From assembly GCF_021869535.1 (NCBI RefSeq), contig NW_026262668.1:67394001-67458000 (forward strand): a stretch of 64,000 nucleotides of DNA, read 5' to 3'. The stretch comes from Mytilus californianus. Lineage: Eukaryota. Of this stretch, positions 25,584 through 38,115 are shown in pieces; the stretch's first letter is position 1, and each line of letters opens with the position of its first letter. Under the pieces are notes generated by a model. It saw nothing but the letters and a program-made list of their open reading frames with translations, searched no databases and had not been told where the DNA came from. Position numbers and translations under genes: made by a program.

Positions 25584-26604
25584 CTAAAATTTTAATACCA
25601 AGAAGTTAACCTAATTTGCCGTAAATTTTTTTTATTAACGTTTAAACGGAGATAATGTTACGCATATTTAGCTGTTTGCAATTTTTTGGAATTGAATTTG
25701 ATAACCCTTTTCACCTTGTTATGTTCATTATGTTTTGTCTTGCATCACTGTCGGTTTTCTGCATTGAATGGGGTTATTTTTCATCTAGTTATAATGATGA
25801 CTAGACTCAAGCTGGCAGCCACTTTTAGCAGCCAATCAAGATAGCAGCCACTTTTTTCCAGCAGCCAATTTTGATGATATGTCTAAAAACCCAAAAACTA
25901 TATCAGACTCGAACGTTCTAAAAATCTCAAAATCTAAGTTAAATGTAATTTAAGAGCGGATTTCGACAATTTCACGGCTTGTAGTGATTCTCAAAGGATT
26001 TTTTCGTTTTAAATACCAATAATGATAGCAGCCACTTTTTTTCGAAATTCTAGCTACGATATATGTATTATTTTTTAACGTCTTAATGACCACAGATGTT
26101 CAGCCTTAGAAGTGAACGTCGAACAAACCAACACAAATGACGTCAGTAACTAGAAGCACTCACTAGGTTGATTTCTAGATCCGGCATATTGGTGTCAATG
26201 TGTATAGAAATATCTAGTTTCTACATAACTAATATATGTGCAGTTAGCCGCCGGTTCGATATTCTATATCCAACTAGCTGTGAGCAGTCGGTTCAATATT
26301 CAAACTTATTTGAAAATCATAAAAAATTGAGAGTTAAGAGGAGTGAAAAAAATACGTAGGAAATCGTTTTATGACCCCTTCAAGCTGTCGTAAATTCTCG
26401 TTGTCCTCGAATATAATCCCTTATGTAAGTTGCATAATTGTCTTTATGTAAAAATATAGTTTTTATCAATAAAACAACATTAAAGATGTATTTTATATAC
26501 AATATTTCTTAAAACAATAGAAACGCTAGAAACATTAAAAAAATATCAATAGAAATATTTATGGAAAGCCCCCACCTGTCCTAAAAAATGTATAGTAAAA
26601 ACCT

Positions 26605-29600
26605 ACCAACTTTGACCCCAACAATTTCCGAATGGGCCTAACTCCCAAAAATTCATTTCAGTGTGGCCTTTCCCAAGTTATTACCTTTCATTTGAGCCAT
26701 GTCCGGCGGCGAACTTTACCGTACAGCGCTGGCGAGGCTTACCGAAAGAATGTAGGATGTATACATATTTTTTTCCTTAGCAGCAACTTTGAACCCCAAC
26801 AATTTCCGAATGGGCCTAACTCCCAAAAATTCATTTCAGTGTGGCCTTCCCCAAGTTAATACCTTTTCTTTGAGCCATGTCCGGTGGCGAACTTTACCGT
26901 ACAGCGCTGGCGAGGCTTACCGAAAGAATGTAGGGTGTATACATATTTTTTTCCTTAGCAGCAACTTTGAACCCCAACAATTTCCAAATGGGCCTAACTC
27001 CAAAAAATTCATTTCAATGTGGCCTTCCCCAAGTTATTACCTTTCATTTGAGCCATGTCCGGTGGCGAACTTTACCGTACAGCGCTGGCGAGGCTTACCG
27101 AAAGAATGTAGGGTGTATACATAATTTTTTCCTTAGCAGCAACTTTGAACCCCAACAATTTCCGATTGGGCCTAACTCCCAAAAATTCATTTCAGTGTGG
27201 CCTTCCCCAAGTTATTACCTTTCATTTGAGCCATGTCCGGTGGCGAACTTTACCGTCCAGCGCTGGCGAGGCTTACCGAAAGAATGTAGGGTGTATACAT
27301 ATTTTTTTCCTTAGCAGCAACTTTGAACCCCAACAATTTCCGAATGGGCCTAACTCCCAAAAATTTATTTCAGTGTGGCCTTCCCCCAGTTATTACCTTT
27401 CATTTGAGCCATGTCCGGCGGCGAACTTTACCGTACAGCGCTGGCGAGGCTTACCGAAAGAATGTAGGGTGTATACATATTTTTTTCCTTAGCAGCAACT
27501 TTGAACCCCAACAATTTCCAAATGGGCCTAACTCCCAAATATTCATTTCAGTGTGGCCTTCCCCAAGTTATTACCTTTCATTTGAGTCATGTCCGGTGGC
27601 GAATTTTACCGTACAGCGCTGGCGAGGCTTACCGAAAGAATGTAGGGTGTATACATAATATTTTCCTTAGCAGCAACTTTGAACCCCAACAATTTCCGAA
27701 TGGGCCTTACTCCCAAAAATGTATTTCAGTGTGGCCTTCCCCAAGTTATTACCTTTCATTTGAGCCATGTCCGGTGGCGAACTTTACCGTACAGCGCTGG
27801 CGAGGCTTACCGAAAGAATGTAGGGTGTATACATATTTTTTTCCTTAGCAGAAACTTTGAACCCAAACAATTTCCGAATGGGCCTAATTCCCAAAAATGT
27901 ATTTCAGTGTGGCCTTCCCCAAGTTATTACCTTTCATTTGAGCCATGTCCGGCGGCGAACTTTACCGTACAGCGCTGGCGAGGCTTACCGAAAGAATGTA
28001 GGGTGTATACATATTTTTTTCCTTAGCAGCAACTTTGAACCCCAACAGTTTCCGAATGGGCCTAACTCCCAAAAATTCATTTTAGTGTGGCCTTCCCCAA
28101 GTTATTACCTTTCATTTGAGCCGTGTCCGGTGGCGAATTTTACCGTACAGCGCTGGCGAGGCTTACCGAAAGAATGTAGGGTGTATACATATTTTTTTCC
28201 TTAGCAGAAACTTTGAACCCAAACAATTTCCGAATGGGCCTGACTCCCAAAAATTAATTTCAGTGTGGCCTTCCCCAAGTTATTACCTTTCATTTGAGCC
28301 ATGTCCAGTGGCAAACTTTACCGTACAGCGCTGGCGAGGCTTACCGAAAGAATGTAGGGTGTATACATATTTTTTTCCTTAGCAGCAACTTTGAATTCCA
28401 ACAATTTCCGAATGGGCCTAACTCCCAAAAATTCATTTCAGTGTGGCCTTCCCCATGTTATTACCTTTCATTTGAGCCATGTCCGGTGGCGAACTTTACC
28501 GTACAGCGCTGGCGAGGCTTACCGAAAGAACGTAGGGTGTATACATATTTTTTTCCTTAGCAGCAACTTTGAACCCCAACTATTTCCAAATGGGCCTAAC
28601 TCCCAAATATTCATTTCAGTGTGGCCTTCCCCAAGTTATGACCTTTCATTTGAGCCATGTCCGGTGGCGAACTTTACCGTACCGCGCTGGCGAGGCTTAC
28701 CGAAAGAATGTAGGGTGTATACATATTTTTTTCCTAAGCAGCAACTTTGAACCCCAACAATTTCCGAATGGGCCTAACTCCCCGAAATTTATTTCAGTGT
28801 GGCCTTCCCCAAGTTATTACCTTTCATTTGAGCCATGTCCGGTGGCGAACTTTACCGTACAGCGCTGGCGAGGCTTACCGAAAGAATGTAGGGTGTATAC
28901 ATATTTTTTTCCTTAGCAGCAACTTTGAACCCCAACAATTTCCGAATGGGCCTAACTCCCAAAAATACATTTCAGTGTGGCCTTCCCCAAGTTATTACCT
29001 TTCATTTGAGCCATGTCCGGTTGCGAACTTTACCGTACAGCGCTGGCGAGGCTTACCGAAAGAATGTAGGGTGTATACATATTTTTTTCCTTAGCAGCAA
29101 CTTTGAACCCCAACAATTTCCGAATGGGCCTAACTCCCAAAAATTAATTTCAGTGTGGCCTTCCCCAAGTTATTACCTTTCATTTGAGCAATGTCTGGCG
29201 GCGAACTTTACCGTACAGCGCTGGCGAGGCTTACCGAAAGAATGTAGGGTGTATACATATTTTTTTCCTTAGCAGCAACTTTGAACCCCAACAATTTCCG
29301 AATGGGCCTATCTCCCAAAAATTCATTTCAGTGTGGCCTTCCCCAAGTTATTACCTTTCATTTGAGCCATGTCCGGTGGCGAACTTTACCGTACAGCGCT
29401 GGCGAGGCTTACCGAAAGAATGTAGGGTGTATACATATTTGTTTCCTTAGCAGCAACTTTGAACCCCAACAATTTCCGAATTGGCCTAACTCCCAAAAAT
29501 TCATTTTAGTGTGGCCTTCCCCAAGTTATTACCTTTCATTTGAGCCATGTCCGGTGGCGAATTTTACCGTACAGCGCTGGCGAGGCTTACCGAAAGAATG

Positions 29601-30895
29601 TAGGGTGTATACATATTTTTTTCCTTAGCAGAAACTTTGAACCCAAACAATTTCCGAATGGGCCTGACTCCCAAAAATTCATTTCAGTGTGGCCTTCCCC
29701 AAGTTATTACCTTTCATTTGAGCCATGTCCAGTGGCAAACTTTACCGTACAGCGCTGGCGAGGCTTACCGAATGAATGTAGGGTGTATACATATTTTTTT
29801 CCTTAGCAGCAACTTTGAATTCCAACAATTTCCGAATGGGCCTAACTCCCAAAAATTCATTTCAGTGTGGCCTTCCCCAAGTTATTACCTTTCATTTGAG
29901 CCATGTCGGGCGGCGAACTTTACCGTACAGCGCTGGCGAGGCTTACCGAAAGAATGTAGGGTGTATACATATTTTTTTCCTTAGCAGCAACTTTGAACCC
30001 CAACAGTTTCCGAATGGGCCTAACTCCCAAAAATTCATTTCAGTGTGGCCTTCCCCAAGTTATTACCTTTCATTTGAGCCATGTCCGGTGGCGAACTTTA
30101 CCGTACAGCGCTGGCGAGGCTTACCGAAAGAACGTAGGGTGTATACATATTTTTTTCCTTAGCAGCAACTTTGAACCCCAACTATTTCCAAATGGGCCTA
30201 ACTCCCAAATATTCATTTCAGTGTGGCCTTCCCCAAGTTATGACCTTTCATTTGAGCCATGTCCGGTGGCGAACTTTACCGTACCGCGCTGGCGAGGCTT
30301 ACCGAAAGAATGTAGGGTGTATACATATTTTTTTCCTTAGCAGCAACTTTGAACCCCAACAATTTCCGAATGGGCCTAACTCCCCAAAATTTATTTCAGT
30401 GTGGCCTTCCCCAAGTTATTACCTTTCATTTGAGCCATGTCCGGTGGCGAACTTTACCGTACAGCGCTGGCGAGCCTTACCGAAAGAATGTAGGGTGTAT
30501 ACATATTTTTTTCCTTAGCAGCAACTTTGAACCCCAACAATTTCCGAATGGGCGTAACTCCCAAAAATTAATTTCAGTGTGGCCTTCCCCAAGTTATTAC
30601 CTTTCATTTGAGCCATGTCTGGCGGCGAACTTTACCGTACAGCGCTGGCGAGGCTTACCGAAAGAATGTAGGGTGTATACATATTTGTTTCCTTAGCAGC
30701 AACTTTGAACCCCAACAATTTCCGAATTGGCCTAACTCCCAAAAATTCATTTCAGTGTGGCCTTCCCCAAGTTATTACCTTTCATTTGAGCCATGTCCGG
30801 TGGCGAACTTTACCGTACAGCGCTGGCGAGGCTTACCGAAAGAATGTAGGGTGTATACGTATTTTCTTCTTCTTAAAAGTAACTGTGAACCCCAA
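26605..30895 (+). repeat. 178-bp tandem satellite array, about 24 copies (left arm)
   Basis: Repeat ORF starts recur at exact 178-bp steps from 26789 to 30705; monomers differ only by substitutions; last monomer degenerate. Confidence 0.97.
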
Positions 30896-30909
30896 GACAC
30901 AATTGAACA

Positions 30910-31146
30910 GTTATGTACGGGAAAAGTCGCAACAGGACATGTCACAATTGAAAGGTCATACATCAGAGCAAGGTGCAAGGAAATATACGTTTGGGGGTTA
31001 GAACCTTCTGGGAATTGAGGTTCAAAGTTGCTGTTTAATTATTTGTTTACGTGTCTACCGTTCATTATTTAGGAAATCCTCAAAAGGAAATAAATGATAC
31101 GAAATCAGTACAGATCAAATGAATTCTTTTTCGGGGGTTAGAACCT
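30910..31146 (-). repeat. Decayed inverted 178-bp monomers marking the foldback axis
   Basis: TGTACGGGAAAAGTCGCAACAGGACATG, TTTGGGGGTTAGAACC, GAGGTTCAAAGTTGCTG and AAATGAATTCTTTTTCGGGGTTAGAACC align in order with the right-arm monomer. Confidence 0.7.
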
Positions 31147-32816
31147 GAAACTACTGTAAAAAGGCGACCGACAGAAGAACTGTTACAAGATGTTGCTGAA
31201 CTGAAATCTGTAACGAAGCTTATCAAAACAAATCAAAAGACATTATCTGATCTTAATGAAAAGACAATCGAAATTATTGAACAACAAGAAGAAATCGACG
31301 AAGACATTAAAGAAGTTGACAGATACGAGTTAGAGATACAGATTGCTATCACGAAAATTGAGAAGTACTCCAAGAAGTACGTCTGTCAAAAATCAATCCG
31401 CATTAAACACTCAAGCACCATATTTCATATATACACTAACCCAAGCGTAAAAGAACATACAAATCCGATAAATTTCAACTCAAAACAAACGAGCGTAAGC
31501 CAATCAGACATGTCAAATCATGACAACAAATTGCCTAAACCCAACCTACCCACTTTTGGCGGAAATGTACTAGAATTGTCAACCTTATGGGATACATATT
31601 ATTCTGTCGTACATGAAAATCCTTCATTGAGTGGCGTACAAATATTGCACTATCGGAAACTGCAACTTTACGGAGAAACTATCCACTGTATATCGGGAAT
31701 GCAAATTACAAGTACAAATTATAACCAAGCAATACATACTCTACACGAGAGAATTGGCCAACAACACAAAATTGTACACGCATATACATGCAAAACTTGC
31801 TAAATTTGCCGGCACCATATCACAGAATTAAAGGACTAAAATTGTTAAGTGACACGATAGAAAGTTATAAACGTGAACTATGAGGAATTGCCGATATCAA
31901 GAATAGTACGGATGCCAATTGATACCAATAATACTGAAAAAAATTCCATGTTTGGTCAGAAAAAAACATTACTCAAGTCACGGTGATGATGATATCTCAA
32001 GATTACACAAAGCAGTAAAGAAAGAAATTTGTATACGAGAGGCCACTAATGCCAATCCTATTGAAACCGACATTATCTCAACAGCATTGTTGGTAACAGG
32101 AAATCAAACACAAGATGAAGGTCAACATGGTCTAAAGAAAGTTTCGACAATAGTACATTTCAGACTGTGTTTTCCAAATGAATTTAAAGTCACTAATATT
32201 AAGGCCCGCACAAAAATCTTCAAGGAATAAAATTAAAAGTTTCGATAATTATAAGGTTTCGGAATGTAAGTTACAATATAGCTTCCGATAAGTAAGACAC
32301 GTCATACCAGCATTTGCCGTAATAATTTACAAAATAGAAATTCCACTTCGAATGAAGATAAAACCTAATCAAACCTAACATAACCGGCGAATGGAGATTT
32401 TCTAAGTACAGAAACAAAGAGCATCGCTATTCATTCTGCTCTAACAGCACCTACCAAAGACTATCAAAATTTGCCGTAGCGCCCGAGTGATACCATGACG
32501 AAAGTGGTTTGACTAACATATCATACTTGAATAAAGGCACACAAAACTCATTTATTTCACAATAAGTGGTGAAATGGTATAGTAAGTAATCCAATTTCTG
32601 CATTTCTTCAGGAAAGAAGATTAGGTATGCAACCTGGAGAAAGCGACAATATCAGTTGAGATCGAAAGAAAAGAAGGAATTCCAATAGAATTAATAATTA
32701 TTCCAAAAACTGCCCTACCAATACATTTGAAGAAACGTGTAAATATCAACAACTTGACCTATTTACGAGGATTACAATTTTACCACCAAGTCACAAGCGA
32801 AAAAAAGTACAATATA
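31146..32816 (+). mobile_element. Degenerate BEL/Pao gag-protease fragment
   Basis: DUF1759-type motif KLPKPNLPTFGGNVLE...WD; frameshifted gag; protease-like region near 32520-32560; many stops. Confidence 0.75.
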
Positions 32817-32987
32817 TCTTGCTTTTCCTTTAATGTATCAAGAATTGTTTCTAACTCGTCCTATTCCGGTTTTTCTTCTGATTCACTCTTCTCGTCAAAT
32901 CTTCTTAAAATCATAGAAACTGCGCTTCTGTGTCCCGCTCAAATAGATTTAAGCTTTGTAGTCATCTTCTTCTGGTCACGGTACCAA
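32817..32987 (-). mobile_element. Second PBS plus gag start directly after the 3' LTR (truncated tandem copy)
   Basis: TGGTACCGTGACCAGAAGAAGATGACTACAAAG duplicates 35488-35320. Confidence 0.75.
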
Positions 32988-35664
32988 TATCGTAAAGTGG
33001 TTTTACTAAAACTGCATTTGTAATAAGAAAGACGTCTAAACTGTATGAATTTGTATTGATAACTAAAGAACAAGATAACGTCATAAGTTAACGACGTTGG
33101 ATATACAATACTGCCGCATTACGTTCACGTTTTCTTCTGCGCGTGATTTCCAACATTCTCCGGCTGATGAAAAGTGAAAATTCTTAAATTTAGAAAATAA
33201 TCAAAGTCTCTCCCTTTAAATAAATAACATGAAATTACCTTTAAAGTCAATCAGTAACTTTAAAACGTTTACCACAGTTTTTTATAGTACGGTGTCACAT
33301 TTATTTCACTTTCTTTTTTTCTGGTAAGTTTCTCCCTGTAATCCAATTCCTGATATAACGTAAGCTGTTTGAACGGAGATTTTGATATTCTCATGCCTTG
33401 TACATCATCGTAAAAGTATTTGTTTTGGTTAGTGTCTCTTGTCCACATTAAATCTGATTTGTCTGTTTCATTTACTGTCAACGGACCAGTGGTTCTTTGT
33501 TTTGTCCTTGAAGTGTCCATAATTCTAGAAATATGTTCAATGTTAATAGTATTCCTCTCTGTTTTATCCTCGGTATTGTGCGTCTCTTTTTTTTCTCCTA
33601 AATTTGTAGCACGAGAGTGTGCTTTGTTGATTGAACTGGTTCTTTTGAGTGGTCCTGAGAGCAGGTATCTTAGTTTGGACTTTACTGCTGTTTGCCCCTC
33701 GCCCCTTACGATTTCATCCTCGACCATATCCCAGAATTGGTCAGCTCTTACAAGCAGTCCAATTTCAAATGATGTATCCTCAGTTACAGCGTGTGCTAAT
33801 CTTAAGTTTTGCAAATACGGCAACTGTTTTTGCATTTTCAATATCAGCCTTAAATGGTGCGGCGATTTTCTGTACAATCAAAACATCGACTGGTATTTCT
33901 TAGCCATAGATAGTTTGTATCTTCACTGTTGCTTTTTTTAGCTGTTCAATAGAGTTGTTCTCATTATTGTCTCCAAATCTAGATAGGGTAATTGCTTCAC
34001 TTCCTGTGGTTCTTAACTCCTTTTCTCTGCTAAATGTCTTGTATACGTAATAAATGACCTTGTGCCGATTCGTCAAAAAGGATCTTTGCATCAATCGATT
34101 GTTCTTTGTAGTTTAGTGGTGCTATTGCGGTCTTCAACAAAACATTAGGGCGATCACAGTTTAAAGATGAATAAAATTGTATCAGCTTCCTCCGCGTTGT
34201 GTGTTTTTACTGTATATGTACTACTTGAACTTAAAGTTTCCTTATCATGTTCTTTGCTGCATAGGCTTGTGTGGTGACGTCTATTACATTTCTTGCAGTT
34301 TGATTTAGATTTGCAATATATTACGCGGTGTCGCCTTAAGCAATTAAAGCACAATCTATCTTCTTTCACAATTTTCATGCGGTCGATGTGGTCTGTATAT
34401 TTGGTACATTCAGACGAAAAGTGGGGTTCCTTGCAGTATGCGCAGCTTATTTGATAATATTTCTGTGGTGAATTGGCATTTGGCCAGATTTCGCGCGATT
34501 TTGAGTCTGTGTAGAAAGTACATGTAGCTGTTTCAAATGTTTCTGTACTTCTACCAGACTCTAAAATTGCTAGCTCCTTAAAAATAGATCTCCTAAGATC
34601 ACCGATAAACCAATCCGTCGAACCATGTTCACGAGTCAAGTGTTTGCGTATTTCACTGGGCATTTTGTTGAGAATGACTGGTACTAATAACGAGCCGTAC
34701 AAGTCTTGAGCTTGTTCGAGAGATTCTAGTCCACGTATGTCTGTTTCTGTCCTGTCTTAGTAACCTCTTAGATGTGTAAGCATATTCTTTGGTGTGGGTA
34801 TGTCTAGTAGTGCTTGCATGTACGATTGAATTATCTTATGCTTTTGTTCGAATCTTTCATGTATAAGTCCAATAGCTTTGTTGTAGTTTGTGTGCGTTAG
34901 AGCAAATCCGGCAATGGTGTATGACGCTTCTCCTTTTAGTAAAGAATTTAGGTAGTTGAATTTTTGAACGACGGTTAGTGTGTTGTTGTTGTGAATTGCT
35001 GAATCAAATGAATCCCAAAAAAATTGCCATTCAAGTACGTTTCCATCAAATGTAGGTAAGTTCAATTTCGGTAGTTTAGTAAAGTTGCTGATATTAACAC
35101 TTGAATTTGAACGTAAAGACGTGAAGTTGAGGCCAGTATTTTGAGAGTCATCTCTAACGTTATATGCGGGGCCAACATTTTGAATGGGTTGCAGTGTCTC
35201 ACTGTGTGGCAAAAACTTCTAGCGGCTGCATTTAAATCAGATGTTTGAACGTGAATGAATTTACGAAGAATTTTGCGTATTCTCGTCTCTAAGTTAAATT
35301 TATAATCATCTGTGTCAAGTTTGCTTTTCCTTTAATGTATCAAGAATTGTTTCCAACTCGTCCTCTTCCGGTTTTTCTTCTGATTCACTCTTCTCGTATA
35401 CTCTTCTTAAAATTATTGAAACTACGCTTCTGTGTCCCGCTCGAATAGATTTAAGCTTTGTAGTCATCTTCTTCTGGTCACAGTACCAATATCGTAAAGT
35501 GGTTTTACTAAAACTGCATTTGTAATAAGAAAGAGGTCTAAACTGTATGAATTTGTATTGATGATTGAAGTACAAGATAACGTCATAAGTTTACGACGTT
35601 GGATATACAAATTACAATAATGCCACGTTACGTTAACGTTCTCTTCTCTGCGTGATTTCCAACA
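32988..35664 (-). mobile_element. Compact BEL/Pao LTR element: LTR-PBS-gag-protease-LTR, no RT/RNase H/integrase
   Basis: Two direct repeats of about 170 bp starting TGTTGGAAATCACGC (35664 and 33155); PBS TGGTAC(T/C)GTGACCAG (tRNA-His-like) at 35488; ATG 35467; DUF1759; three Cys-His knuckles (CAYC..H..C, CFNC..H..C, CKKC..HH..C); protease ILFDES; purine tract GCCGGAGAA before the 3' LTR; ORF frameshifted. Confidence 0.85.
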
Positions 35665-35669
35665 ATATC

Positions 35670-35870
35670 ACTACTTATTGGAGCAGATTACTGGTCTTTA
35701 GTATGAGATGAAATTATTCAAGGTGACGGACCAACAGCGGAATCCAGCAGATTAACTCACTCGAGGACTGACTGCGGAACAGTTTTTCAGAACTCACTCT
35801 GGGTTAACGGACCCGAATGGCTAACGGATAAGGAAAAGGGCCGACATGAATGTAAACGCTCACAGATAGT
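35670..35870 (+). mobile_element. BEL/Pao pol fragment (RNase H/integrase linker)
   Basis: Frameshifted NPAD..TRG...W.NGPEWL motif. Confidence 0.7.
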
Positions 35871-35888
35871 ACCGTATTATCATCATTC

Positions 35889-38115
35889 GTTGGGGTTCAA
35901 AGTTGCTGCTAAGGAAAAAAATATGTATACACCCTACATTCTTTCGGTAAGCCTCGCCAGCGCTGTACGGTAAAATTCGCCACCGGACATTGCTCAAATG
36001 AAAGGTAATAACTTGGGGAAGGCCACACTGAAATGCATTTTTGGGAGTTAGACCCATTCGGAAATTGTTGGGGTTCAAAGTTGCTGCTAATGAAAGAAAT
36101 ATGTATACACCCTACATTCTTTCGGTAAGCCTCGCCAGCGCTGTACGGTAAAGTTCGCAACCGGACATGGCTCAAATGAAAGGTAATAACTTGGGGAAGG
36201 CCACACTGAAATGAATTTTTGGGAATTAGGCCCATTCGGAAATTGTTGGGGTTCAAAGTTGCTGCTAAGGAAAAAAATATGTATACATCCTACATTCTTT
36301 CGGTAAGCCTCGCCAGCGCTGTACGGTAAAGTTCGCCACCGGACATGGCTCAAATGAAAGGTAATAACTTGGGGAAGGCCACACTGAAATGAATTTTTGG
36401 GAGTTAGACCCATTCGGAAATTGTTGGGGTTCAAAGTTGCTGCTAAGGAAAAAAATATGTATACATCCTACATTCTTTCGGTAAGCCTCGCCAGCGCTGT
36501 ACGGTAAAGTTCGCCACCGGACATGGCTCAAATGAAAGGTAATAACTTGGGGAAGGCCACACTGAAATGAATTTTTGGGAGTTAGACCCATTCGGAAATT
36601 GTTGGGGTTCAAAGTTGCTGCTAAGGAAAAAAATATGTATACACCCTACATTCTTTCGGTAAGCCTCGCCAGCGCTGTACAGTAAAGTTCGCCACTGGAC
36701 ATGGCTCAAATGAAAGGTAATAACTTGGGGAAGGCCACACTGAAATGAATTTTTGGGAGTTAGGCCCATTTGGAAATTGTTGGGGTTCAAAGTTGCTGCT
36801 AAGGAATAAAATATGTATACACCCTACATTCTTTCGGTAAGCCTCGCCAGCGCTGTACGGTAAAATTCCCCACTGGACATGGCTCAAATCAAAGGAAATA
36901 ACTTGGGGAAGGCCACACTGAAATGAATTTTTGGGAGTTAGACCCATTCGGAAATTGTTGGGGTTCAAAGTTGCTGCTAAGGAAAAAAATATGTATACAC
37001 CCTACATTCTTTCGGTAAGCCTTGCCAGCGCTGTACGGTAAAGTTCGCCACCGGACATGGCTCAAATGAAAGGTAATAACTTGGGGAAGGCCACACTGAA
37101 ATGAATTTTTGGGAGTTAGGCCCATTCGGAAATTGTTGGGGTTCAAAGTTGCTGCTAAGGAAAAAAATATGTATACACCCTACATTCTTTCGGTAAGCCT
37201 CGCCAGCGCTGTACGGTAAAGTTCGCCACTGGTTATGGCTCAAATGAAAGGTAATAACTTGGGGAAGGCCACACTGAAATGAATTTTTGGGAGTTAGGCC
37301 CATTCGGAAATTGTTGGGGTTCAAAGTTGCTGCTAAGGAATAAAATATGTATACACCCTACATTCTTTCGGTAAGCCTCGCCAGCGCTGTACGGTAAAAT
37401 TCGCCACTGGACATGGCTCAAATGAAAGGTAATAACTTGGGGAAGGCCACACTGAAATGAATTTTTGGGAGTTAGACCCATTCGGAAATTGTTGGGGTTC
37501 AAAGTTGCTGCTAAGGAAAAAAATATGTATACACCCTACATTCTTTCGGTAAGCCTCGCCAGCGCTGTACGGTAAAGTTCGCCACCGGACATGGCTCAAA
37601 TGAAAGGTAATAACTTGGGGAAGGCCACACTGAAATGAATTTTTGGGAGTTAGGCCCATTCGGAAATTGTTGGGGTTCAAAGTTGCTGCTAAGGAATAAA
37701 ATATGTATACACCCTACATTCTTTCGGTAAGCCTCGCCAGCGCTGTACGGTAAAGTTCGCCACTGGACATGGCTCAAATGAAAGGTAATAACTTGGGGAA
37801 GGCCACACTGAAATGAATATTTGGGAGTTAGACCCATTCGGAAATTGTTGGGGTTCAAAGTTGCTGCTAAGGAATAAAATATGTATACACCCTACATTCT
37901 TTCGGTAAGCCTCGTCAGCGCTGTACGGTAAAGTTCGCCACCGGACATGGCTCAAATGAAAGGTAATAACTTGGGGAAGGCCACACTGAAATGAATTTTT
38001 GGGAGTTAGGCCCATTCGGAAATTGTTGGGGTTCAACGTTGCTGCTAAGGAAAAAAATATGTATACACCCTACATTCTTTCGGTAAGCCTCGCCAGCGCT
38101 GTACGGTAAAGTTCG
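35889..38115 (-). repeat. 178-bp tandem satellite array, about 12.5 copies (right arm, inverted)
   Basis: Reverse complement of the left-arm monomer; ORF starts at exact 178-bp steps from 38036 to 36078. Confidence 0.97.

Noticed and set aside
26605-30895. CRISPR array
   Set aside because: Contiguous near-identical monomers with no unique spacers, no cas genes, and a eukaryotic context.
26632-38036. Dozens of 85-119 aa ORFs (MNPNNFRMGL...)
   Set aside because: They are by-products of the 178-bp repeat. They start mostly at TTG, overlap in all frames because 178 is not a multiple of 3, and have no coding signature.
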